From Candidatus Multivoradales bacterium (GTDB lineage Bacteria; Acidobacteriota; Thermoanaerobaculia; Multivoradales; JAHEKO01): a DNA stretch of 64,000 nucleotides. The notes below the pieces were generated by a model, which saw only the letters and a list, made by a program, of their open reading frames with translations, did no database searches and was not told the DNA's origin. Both the position numbers and the translations under genes were made by a program. Location: positions 96,028 through 160,027 of the forward strand of contig CBDCXM010000003.1 of assembly GCA_965223855.1 (NCBI GenBank), read 5' to 3'. This document shows positions 1 through 7,992 of this stretch, piece by piece (the stretch's first letter is position 1; each line of letters starts with the position of its first letter).

Positions 1-3000
1 AGGTCGTCATCAAGGCGGCGGTCGACAGGTCTTCGACCGGCCACAGACTGACAGTGACGCTGTTGGCCCCTGCGTAGAGAAAGGCCCGAGTCAGGCCGAC
101 GAATCCCTCGCCGCGAATCGCCCGGCCGAGCGCCGTCTCGCACCCGGAGAGGACCACCATCTGCGCCGACAGTTCCAGCTCGAAGATCTCGTGGGGCTGC
201 AGGAGGCCATCTCCGCCACCGCCGCCAACGCCGAGGAGGAGCGACGACAGAGCCGGCTCCTCGTCATCGACCAGAGCATGAGACGCGAAATGGACGAACC
301 GCGAGTCCTTGACCGACCGCTCATCACGTAGCCGATCTTCGGACGCGGCCGGCCCCGACCAGACCTCCACCTCGGCCGGGTCGAAGAGTGCCGCGATCGA
401 CCGCACCTCCTCGAGGGCACCGGAAAGCCGCCTCCAGCGCCAGTCCTCCGCCTCGCCGAGGCCGCGCAGCACCGGTCCATCGCCCCTCATCGACGCCGAC
501 GACTCCGGCAGTTCGGGATCCGCGAACGCGGCCAGCTGGAAACTCCAGTCCGCCCTGCCGGCTTCACGCTCACTCAGGATCCTCAGGGTCGAAGCCGAGG
601 GAAGGTACGAGACCGCCCAACGGCCGAGAACATAGCCGCCGAACGAACGATCACGGCGATCCACGAGAGCCTCGAAGGGCAGGTAATGCAACGGGCCGTC
701 AGGGGAGACCAGAATGTGTGGGTGGCTCGTCAGAACCGCCTCGACCGGCCTGAGCAAAGCGTCGTAGAGGTCTCTCGCTACGACCTCGTAGCGGCCGAAC
801 GAACGCCGCCCCGGCCGGGTCAGCAACCTTCTCGCCTCTTCGATCTTCGGCTCGAGCCCTCCCTCCGGAGGAAGCTCCTCGAACAGCATCTCGTCCCGCG
901 TCAGCGCGAGTACGTACGAAGCCCTCTCGCCAAGCACGTAGCTCAGCAGGACCTGCTCGCCGGTGAGGAACTCTCGTGCCACTGCCGCCGATAGCGGCTC
1001 GGGGTAGTCGAGCCTCTCCCAGCGCGGATCGGAAAGCCGGATCGTGCGGTCGAGCGCCTCCCTCTCGCGATGGAGCTCACTGACCTCCTGACGCAGCGCC
1101 ACGACATCCCGATCCTCCGCACGGTCGGATGCGAGGAGCCGAGTCAGTCGCCTCTGTGAAGCGGACAGCGCACCTCCGATGTCGGCTCGGGCCCGGCGAA
1201 GGTCCTCCGGCAGGAGTCTCACCAGGTCGGCTTCGGACTCGGTCAACAACTCCACCAGGCTTCGCGCTCGCGCCCGCTCCGCGACCTCGAACGCCTGGCT
1301 CGCGTATCCCTCGTCCGGGTAGCGTTGATGGAGCTCCCACAGGATCGAGACGAGGAGCGAGAACTCCCCCTGGCTCCTGGAGAGCAGTCCGGCGCGCAAG
1401 TCGGGATGCACGACTCGTTCCCGCAGCGACTCGATGGTGGTGAGGGCCACACTGACCTGCTCCCTCGCTTCGTCGAGTCGCGACTCTCCCAGAAGGTGGT
1501 GCGCGAGACGAGCGCGGCTCAGCGCCTCCTGGTAGCGATCTCCGGTACGACCTGCCAGGTCGATCGCCGTCTCGAGGTCTTGCCTTGCTCGAACGGCCTC
1601 ACCGGCCTGACTCCGGACTCTCCCCAGCTCGCGCAGCGTCGAGAGTTCGCCGGGTCGGTCCCCGGAGTCGCGGAACAGGCCGAGCGCTTCCACGAGGAGG
1701 CCGATCGACTCGCTCAACTCCTCCCGGTCGAGCGCCGCTCTGCCGAGCCCGTAGAGACCGTACGCCTGCGCCACCTGGTTTCCGGTCTCCCGTCCGCGAT
1801 CGAGCGACCGGCGGAAGAAGTCGACCGCCTCCGGATCGCCCGCCTCACGCCGGATCTCACCGAGAGTGAGAAGAGCCCAGATCTCGTCCTCGACAGACTG
1901 GGTCGTTACGGCCGCATCGAGAGCCTGGGACAGCAGCTCCTGCGCCCTTCGGCGATGACCCATGATCCGATAGATCGCTCCGAGATTCGCACTGAGCCCC
2001 CCGAGCCACTCCTGGTCACCGAGTTGACGGGCGATCTCGATGCCCGCCTCGTACGCATCGACCGCCCCTCTCAGGTCGCCTACGCTCTTGAGCAGAACAC
2101 CCCGGTTGTTGAGAACCCTCATCTGGGCGGGAATGTCCCCCGTGTCGCGGGCAATCGCGAGCGCCTCTTCGGACAGGCCGAGAGCGTCCGAGTAGCGGCC
2201 CAGCGCCCGGTAGACCGCACCCAGGTTGGTGAGGGTGTTGGCGCGATCGTCATCGCGCCCGACTCGAGTCGACAGCTCCAGCGACCGCTGGAACGCCTCG
2301 ACCACACGGTCGAGATCGCCCTCGTAGTAGTGGTAGACCCCGAGGTTGTTGTGTGCGAGCGCCTGGAGGCGAAGGTCGCCGTGTCGACCGGCCACCTCGA
2401 GCGCCTCGTCGAAGCTCTGCTTCGCGATCGCGCGTTGCTCGCCACCTTGAAAGAGGTCACCGAAGGTCGACAGAGCTTCCGACAGCCAACGCCCTTCGTC
2501 CCCCTGCCTCAGCAGCTCGACGGCGCGTTGGACCAGTTGTCGTGCCATTTCGCTCGCGCCGAGCCTCTGGTGACAACGACCCGCCTCGGTCAGCATCCTG
2601 GCCTGCCACACCGCGACCCCGGCCTCCTCGAACGTTGCGGCAGCTTCTTCGAAGAGTCCCGCCGAAGCTCGGAGGTCATTCTCCGTGTCGAGCAACTTGC
2701 GTCGGACCGCTGCGTCTCGAGTCTTCAGGCCCGAGATCCGCCTGTCGTCTCCGCCGCCACCACCCTTGTGGACGGCGCCCAGCAGCCGAAAGCGTCCTCC
2801 TTCGCTACCGGATACGCGCCAACGATGAACACCGGGAGAGCGAACAGACCAGCCGACCACCTCGCCCACCCACGGGAAACCGGGAAGGTCGCTGCGCGCG
2901 ACGACGTTCCCACCCGGATCGATCAGCTCCAGAGCAAGGTCGCCTCTCGTCTGCTCGACCTCCACTTCGAGGTAATCGCCGGGTGAGGCCTCCCACTCTC

Positions 3001-3154
3001 CCCCGGAGGTCGCCCCGGCCGCGAGATCGACGCCCCGGGTCGCCGCTCGAGGGTCTGCCCCACGGCCGGACTCGATCTCGCCTGGCGAGGTGGAACCCCC
3101 GAGGCATGCGACACACAGAGCCATCCAGACGAGCCTTCGTGAGCTTTCGGTCAT
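1..3154 (-). CDS. TPR-repeat + CHAT (caspase-like) domain protein, C-terminus runs off the window
   Basis: Manual translation (absent from the ORF track because no stop lies in the window): MTESSRRLVWMALCVACLGG..., TPR repeats (ALAHNNLGVYHYYEGD, ANTLTNLGAVYRALGRY), AFEVAERARARSL, SPDGPLHYLPFEAL, VHFASH, VVLSGCETALG, GEGFVGLTRAFLYAGA, SLWPVED. Confidence 0.9.
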   Translation of the reverse strand, partial: MTESSRRLVWMALCVACLGGSTSPGEIESGRGADPRAATRGVDLAAGATSGGEWEASPGDYLEVEVEQTRGDLALELIDPGGNVVARSDLPGFPWVGEVVGWSVRSPGVHRWRVSGSEGGRFRLLGAVHKGGGGGDDRRISGLKTRDAAVRRKLLDTENDLRASAGLFEEAAATFEEAGVAVWQARMLTEAGRCHQRLGASEMARQLVQRAVELLRQGDEGRWLSEALSTFGDLFQGGEQRAIAKQSFDEALEVAGRHGDLRLQALAHNNLGVYHYYEGDLDRVVEAFQRSLELSTRVGRDDDRANTLTNLGAVYRALGRYSDALGLSEEALAIARDTGDIPAQMRVLNNRGVLLKSVGDLRGAVDAYEAGIEIARQLGDQEWLGGLSANLGAIYRIMGHRRRAQELLSQALDAAVTTQSVEDEIWALLTLGEIRREAGDPEAVDFFRRSLDRGRETGNQVAQAYGLYGLGRAALDREELSESIGLLVEALGLFRDSGDRPGELSTLRELGRVRSQAGEAVRARQDLETAIDLAGRTGDRYQEALSRARLAHHLLGESRLDEAREQVSVALTTIESLRERVVHPDLRAGLLSRSQGEFSLLVSILWELHQRYPDEGYASQAFEVAERARARSLVELLTESEADLVRLLPEDLRRARADIGGALSASQRRLTRLLASDRAEDRDVVALRQEVSELHREREALDRTIRLSDPRWERLDYPEPLSAAVAREFLTGEQVLLSYVLGERASYVLALTRDEMLFEELPPEGGLEPKIEEARRLLTRPGRRSFGRYEVVARDLYDALLRPVEAVLTSHPHILVSPDGPLHYLPFEALVDRRDRSFGGYVLGRWAVSYLPSASTLRILSEREAGRADWSFQLAAFADPELPESSASMRGDGPVLRGLGEAEDWRWRRLSGALEEVRSIAALFDPAEVEVWSGPAASEDRLRDERSVKDSRFVHFASHALVDDEEPALSSLLLGVGGGGGDGLLQPHEIFELELSAQMVVLSGCETALGRAIRGEGFVGLTRAFLYAGANSVTVSLWPVEDLSTAALMTT

Positions 3155-3287
3155 CGCTGTACCCGCCGGCTCGCGACGCGAGCCGACAGTCTCACGGGCG
3201 CTCGACGAGCGCTGTTCGTTACGAACCTGAGAGTCCCGCGGACCTGCTCCGGACCGCGAGTAAAGCTCGTTCCGGCCGTTCAGCGGC

Positions 3288-3593
3288 TCAGTCGCCGAAC
3301 TTGATCGGCTCCCCGAGCTCCGCCAGCGAGAAGTTCGCCATGATCTGGTGACCGTTGAAGTCGAGAACCCGGATGTCCTCGACCCCCCGCAGATCTTCGC
3401 TCACGCTCTGGTAGGAATCGGGATAGCGGCCTGCGACCGCATCGAGGTCGACGGCGTAGGCGATGAACTTGTCGATCCCCTTGTAGCGCAGCTTGGCGAC
3501 GAGCCGTTCGTCGGTGACTTCGTCGTAGGTCGACAGGGCGAGGATCGGGCCGGTGCCGGTGAAGATCAGGTACGCGCGGGGATCGGTCGTCAT
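3288..3593 (-). CDS. hypothetical protein (101 aa)
   Basis: Protein-like composition, host-like codon use, -10-like TAAGCT 9 nt upstream of ATG. Confidence 0.75.
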   Translation of the reverse strand: MTTDPRAYLIFTGTGPILALSTYDEVTDERLVAKLRYKGIDKFIAYAVDLDAVAGRYPDSYQSVSEDLRGVEDIRVLDFNGHQIMANFSLAELGEPIKFGD

Positions 3594-3602
3594 CTGCCGA
3601 CG

Positions 3603-3625
3603 AGCTTATCGGCTGGGGATAAGCT
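3603..3625. promoter_or_regulatory. compact divergent promoter (two TAAGCT -10 boxes forming an inverted repeat)
   Basis: AGCTTATC-N7-GATAAGCT in a 39 bp gap between divergent ATGs at 3593 and 3633. Confidence 0.55.
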
Positions 3626-3632
3626 GTCAACA

Positions 3633-4460
3633 ATGGAAGAGTTCGCCTCGGACGCCAAGCCTGCCGTCGTCCTCGTGAGGACGCAGGAGGAGGGCAACAT
3701 CGGCTCCACCGCGCGGGCGATGGCCAACATGGGGCTCGAGCAGCTGGTGCTGGTGGCGCCGCAGGCCACGATCGGCCGCGTGGCGCGCGCCTTCGCGGTC
3801 GGGGCCGGCGAGATCCTCGACCGAGCTCGGATCGAGGACGATCTCGAGACGGCCCTCGCCCCGTATCGGCGGGTCGTCGGCACGACCTCGCTGCGCGGCC
3901 GCAGCCTCGGAGCACAGCCGATCACACCGCAGGAGCTGCCCTCTGTGCTCGACGCCGACCCGGCCGGCACGTCGACGGCGCTCGTCTTCGGTCCCGAGGC
4001 GTCGGGGCTCAAGGTCGAGGAGCTCACCCTGTGCTCTCCGTGTGTGCGCATCCCGTGCTCGCCCGTGCAGCCGACTCTCAATCTGGCGCAGGCGGTGCTG
4101 ATCGTCGCCTGGGAGCTTGCCAAGGCCCGCCGGGCGTCAGCGGGACCGGCGTCTGCAGGACGGGTGTCGGAGGACGCCGACGAGGGGGACGCATTTCCGC
4201 TCGCCTCCCAACGTGAGCTGGCGGGGCTCTTCGAGCAGATGCGGCCGGTGTTGGGAGAGGTCGGCTTCGACCGCGACGGCTCGTTCGAGACGGTGATGCG
4301 GGATCTGCGCCTGCTGGCAGGGAGGGCGAGCCTGACGGAACGCGAGGTCAAGATCCTCCGCGGGATCTGCCGGCGTACCCGGCGGTCGCTCGAGCAGCGA
4401 GGTGCCTCGCAGCTAGGGGAACCCGCCTCCGCAGCGCCCGTCGATGCCGAAGGGGATTGA
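3633..4460 (+). CDS. trmJ: TrmJ/LasT family SPOUT tRNA/rRNA methyltransferase
   Basis: VVLVRTQEEGNIGSTARAMANMG, ALVFGPEASGL, TLNLAQAV, EREVKILRGI. Confidence 0.88.
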   Translation: MEEFASDAKPAVVLVRTQEEGNIGSTARAMANMGLEQLVLVAPQATIGRVARAFAVGAGEILDRARIEDDLETALAPYRRVVGTTSLRGRSLGAQPITPQELPSVLDADPAGTSTALVFGPEASGLKVEELTLCSPCVRIPCSPVQPTLNLAQAVLIVAWELAKARRASAGPASAGRVSEDADEGDAFPLASQRELAGLFEQMRPVLGEVGFDRDGSFETVMRDLRLLAGRASLTEREVKILRGICRRTRRSLEQRGASQLGEPASAAPVDAEGD

Positions 4461-4478
4461 TAAGCTCCCCGGCCTCTC

Positions 4479-5120
4479 ATGGAACCCGCCGTCGCAGCAG
4501 CAGCCTCGCCCTCCGCCGTCGCTTCGACCCTCGCGTCCGACCCCGTCATCGGGGTGGTTCGCACCGACTCGACCGATACCGCACGGGATCAGGCGCGGCG
4601 CCTTCTCGACACTCCGATCGGCCTCGTCGAAATCACCTTCACGGTGCCTTCGGCTGTCGATCTGGTGCGGGAGCTGCGCCAGGGCACCGACCTGCCCTGG
4701 ATCGGCATGGGCAGTGTGACGACCGCGGCACGCGCCCGGGAAGCGGTCGCAGCGGGGGCCGACTTCCTCGTCTCCCCCAACGCCTCGCCCGAGGTCGCCG
4801 CCGTGGCGCACGAGAGCGGCCGCTTCCTGGTGATGGGAGCGCTGACGCCGACCGAGATCGTCAGCGCCAACGAGCTCGGTGCGCATCTGGTCAAGGTCTA
4901 CCCGTTGCCCGCGGTCGGTGGCGCCGCCTATCTGCGCACCGTACGCGGGCCGTTGTGGGACATCGACATGCTGGCCGCAGGAGGTTTCGGTGTCGACGAG
5001 ATTTCCGACTATCGCGCCGCCGGAGCGCGGGCGTTCGGCATGATGGCCCCAATGCTGCTCGAAGACGACGGCGCCGCCGCCGGGCGGGCGCTCGCCCTGG
5101 CGCGAGGAGAGAGCTCGTGA
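4479..5120 (+). CDS. eda: KDPG/KHG aldolase family protein
   Basis: VIGVVR, VEITFTVP, GADFLVSP, GALTPTEI, VKVYP (Schiff-base Lys). Confidence 0.8.
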   Translation: MEPAVAAAASPSAVASTLASDPVIGVVRTDSTDTARDQARRLLDTPIGLVEITFTVPSAVDLVRELRQGTDLPWIGMGSVTTAARAREAVAAGADFLVSPNASPEVAAVAHESGRFLVMGALTPTEIVSANELGAHLVKVYPLPAVGGAAYLRTVRGPLWDIDMLAAGGFGVDEISDYRAAGARAFGMMAPMLLEDDGAAAGRALALARGESS

Positions 5121-5536
5121 CCAACTCGCATCCGCCGCGCCACGTCGTCTTCGATCGGACACCCGAGATCTTCGCTACCGACAACAACGGCTCGTTCTGG
5201 TTGCCGCTCCAGGTAGAGGGGGCGCCGCACGTCGAAACCCACCACTTCGACGAGGTGCGGCTGATGATCTCGGTCTGGCATCCCTCCAACCAGCGATCGA
5301 TCGACCTCGACAGCGCCTACGTCGAGCTGCGCGGGCTGATCGATCCCGAGGACGACCACTGGTGCAAGCTGGCGGAGATCGAGCCGGTCGTCCCCGCCTA
5401 CTCGGCCGGCGCATCGTTCGACGGCTGGATCGTGCTGCCGATCTTCTCGGTCAAGACGGCGCTCGCCCTCTCCGGCAGCGGCTTCGCCGGGCGGGCGCGT
5501 TTGCAGGCGCGCGCCAGCGGCTACTTCGTTTCCTGA
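5117..5536 (+). CDS. hypothetical protein (139 aa)
   Basis: GTGA overlap with upstream stop; MTNSHPPRHVVFDRTPEIF...; host-like codon use. Confidence 0.7.
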   Translation: MTNSHPPRHVVFDRTPEIFATDNNGSFWLPLQVEGAPHVETHHFDEVRLMISVWHPSNQRSIDLDSAYVELRGLIDPEDDHWCKLAEIEPVVPAYSAGASFDGWIVLPIFSVKTALALSGSGFAGRARLQARASGYFVS

Positions 5537-5553
5537 CGGGAGGTCCAACAGCC

Positions 5554-6771
5554 ATGCAGCATCTTCGATTCCTCGCCGAACTCGCCCGAGAGGCGGACTC
5601 GAAGATCGTCCTGCTGATCCTCGACGGTGTCGGCGACCTTCGCACCGAGGCACAGCCACAGACGGCGCTCGACCTCGCCTCCACCCCCAACCTCGATGCT
5701 CTCGCAGCAAGGGGCGCGCTGGGTCGGATGATCCCGGTGCTGCCGGGAGTCACGCCCGGCTCCGGCCCGGGGCATCTCGGCCTCTTCGGCTACGACCCGG
5801 CCCTGCCGCAGTTCGACATCGGGCGGGGCGTGCTCGAAGCGCTCGGCCTCGGCCTCGCCTTCGGTGCGCGTGACCTCCTCGCACGCGGCAACTTCGCCAC
5901 CGCGGACAGCGACGGTCATCTGACCGATCGACGCGCGGGCCGGATCCCCACCTCCGAATGCGAGCGTCTCTGCGCCCGGATCAACGACGCGATCGGCGAG
6001 GTTGCGGGGATGAGGGTTCGCGTGGCGCCCGGCGAGAGCCACCGCTTCGTCCTGGTCCTCGAGGGGAGAGGCCTGCGCTCGGAACTCGCGGACACCGATC
6101 CCCAGCAGCTCGGCGTTCCGCCGCTCGCCCCCGAGGCTCAGACCCCCGAGGCCGAGGAAACCGCCGAACGAGTCGCCGAGGTCGTCGCCGCCCTCGACGC
6201 CGTCATCGCCGACGAGCCACAGGCGAACCGGGTGCTCCTGAGGGGCTTCTCGAAGATGCCCGAGATTCCGCAGATGCCGGAGCTCTACCGGATGCGCTGC
6301 GGCGCCTTCGCCGGCTATCCGCTCTACCGCGGCGTCGCCTCGGCCTGCGGCATGGAGGTGGTCGAGTGCGGCAAGCACCTCGACGAGGTCGTCGCTGCGG
6401 TACGCGAGCGCTGGGAGGACTTCGACTACTTCTTCCTCCACATCAAGCAGACCGACGCCGCGGGCGAGGACGGCGATCTGCGCAAGAAGGCGGACGTTCT
6501 CAAGGAGGTCGACGGCCACCTTCCCGATCTGCTCGCCCTCGAACCGGACGTGCTCGCCGTCACCGGCGACCACTCGACGCCGGCGCTGATGGCGGCGCAT
6601 TCGTGGCATCCGATTCCGCTGCTGCTGGCAGGGCCGCTCGTTTTCGTCGACGAGACTTCGGCTTTCGACGAGGGGCAAGCGATCCGGGGCCATCTCGGGG
6701 TGCTCAAGTCTCGCGAGCTGATGGGCCTGCTGTTGGCCCACGCCGGCAGGCTCGCCAAGTTCGGCGCCTGA
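5554..6771 (+). CDS. apgM: cofactor-independent phosphoglycerate mutase (ApgM type)
   Basis: KIVLLILDGVGD, TPNLDALA, PGSGPGHLGLFGYDP, HIKQTDAAGEDGD, VTGDHSTP, HSWHP; SD GGAGG upstream. Confidence 0.9.
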   Translation: MQHLRFLAELAREADSKIVLLILDGVGDLRTEAQPQTALDLASTPNLDALAARGALGRMIPVLPGVTPGSGPGHLGLFGYDPALPQFDIGRGVLEALGLGLAFGARDLLARGNFATADSDGHLTDRRAGRIPTSECERLCARINDAIGEVAGMRVRVAPGESHRFVLVLEGRGLRSELADTDPQQLGVPPLAPEAQTPEAEETAERVAEVVAALDAVIADEPQANRVLLRGFSKMPEIPQMPELYRMRCGAFAGYPLYRGVASACGMEVVECGKHLDEVVAAVRERWEDFDYFFLHIKQTDAAGEDGDLRKKADVLKEVDGHLPDLLALEPDVLAVTGDHSTPALMAAHSWHPIPLLLAGPLVFVDETSAFDEGQAIRGHLGVLKSRELMGLLLAHAGRLAKFGA

Positions 6772-6786
6772 CCCTACTCGCGGGGA

Positions 6787-6954
6787 GGCGAAGAGAGATC
6801 CTGGCGACTCAGCAGGGGGCTCTTCGCCGGGGCGACAAGTAGGAATCCGCAGTCAGAAGTCGATGGCGCCCCAGGCGAAGCGCAGGGAGCCACAACGCCA
6901 TCCTCCGACCGATGGCTCCCGGCCCCTGGGGAGTCGCCAGGATCTCTCTTCGCC
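6787..6954 (-). repeat. structured intergenic element, copy 1 (three-way junction closed by a 24 bp perfect inverted repeat)
   Basis: 6787-6810 is the exact reverse complement of 6931-6954; internal core homologous to copy 2. Confidence 0.85.
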
Positions 6955-7031
6955 GTTCGGTCTCGGGCTGAAGCGTTGACGAGGCTGAACTCGGCGTTCG
7001 CTGCTCGCGCCAACCTCGGAGACTCGAAGCC

Positions 7032-7196
7032 GGAGGACAGAGACGCCAAGGGTCGCCAGGGGCCGGGAGCCGTCAGTCGGTGGGCGGTGGACCGGCTCCC
7101 TGCGCTTCGCCTCGGGCGCCACCGTTGCAGGACTGCAGGGGTCCGAGTGTCGCCCTGGCGAAGAGCCCCCTGGCACCCTTGGAGCCCCTGTCCTCC
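7032..7196 (+). repeat. structured intergenic element, copy 2 (inverted relative to copy 1)
   Basis: Core CCAGGGGCC-GGGAGCC..GGCTCCC-TGCG-CTTCGCC..GGCGAAG-A-GCCCCCTG shared with copy 1; different outer stem (GGAGGACAG/CTGTCCTCC, CCAAGGGT/ACCCTTGG). Confidence 0.85.
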
Positions 7197-7279
7197 TGCG
7201 ATCGACGCACCGCAGCAGTTCCCTGCCCACGCCGCTTCGCGTGGGAACCTCCTCAGCGAGGGGGTGTAGAAAACGCGGT

Positions 7280-7834
7280 CTACCGGAAGCCGCGCCGCAG
7301 TTCCTGGCGGAACGTGGTGAACGCGTCCTCTCCGTAGAGGACGACGACCACCCGGTCGAGCTTGGTGCCGCCCTGCAGGTAGCGGTGGATCTCCGTGAGG
7401 GTGACGCGGGCACAGCGGTCGAACGGGAAGCCGAAGGCGCCGGTCGAAATCGCCGGCAGGGCGATCGACTTGAGACCGTGGCGGTCGGCGAGAGCGAGCG
7501 ACGCCCGGACCGCGGAGGCGAGCTTGCGATCTTCGTCACCTTCGCCCTTCTTCGGGCCGACGGCATGGATGACGTGGCGCGCGGAGAGCTCCCCGGCGCC
7601 GGTCAGCACGGCCGTGCCTACAGCGGTTCCACCGATGCGGTCGCATTCGTTCTGGATCGCCTCGCCGGCCTTCTTGAGAATGGCGCCGGCGACTCCTCCG
7701 CCGAGCTTCAGCTCTTCATTGGCGGCATTGACGATGGCATCGACCGTCAGCTCGGTAATGTCTCCTTCGAGGAGCTCGAGCTGGGCCGAATCCATCCGGA
7801 TGGTGATATGTCGGGTCTCGGTCGTCTGAGCCAT
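7280..7834 (-). CDS. macro domain protein (O-acetyl-ADP-ribose deacetylase/ADP-ribose binding, YmdB-like)
   Basis: GDIT, DAIVNAAN, GGGVAGAI, VIHAVGP, LPAISTGAFGFP. Confidence 0.92.
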   Translation of the reverse strand: MAQTTETRHITIRMDSAQLELLEGDITELTVDAIVNAANEELKLGGGVAGAILKKAGEAIQNECDRIGGTAVGTAVLTGAGELSARHVIHAVGPKKGEGDEDRKLASAVRASLALADRHGLKSIALPAISTGAFGFPFDRCARVTLTEIHRYLQGGTKLDRVVVVLYGEDAFTTFRQELRRGFR

Positions 7835-7992
7835 ACAGCACTACTCTCCCCACGTCTGGCGCGGTCGATTTCGGGGCCCGGAGGAATCTCAGGGCAGAAC
7901 GCTGAGTGTATCAAGGCTCGGCGAAGTCGAAAAATCCCCCTGGGCAAGCCTGTCTTTGCGCGACGCACGGCCGCAGGTAGACTCCGCTCGCC

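Noticed and set aside
1325-2986. 553 aa plus-strand ORF
   Set aside because: Codon-aligned antisense of the TPR-CHAT gene
6787-6954. 6S RNA or hammerhead ribozyme
   Set aside because: Branched and duplicated rather than a single rod with a central bubble; no CUGAnGA/GAAA core at the junction
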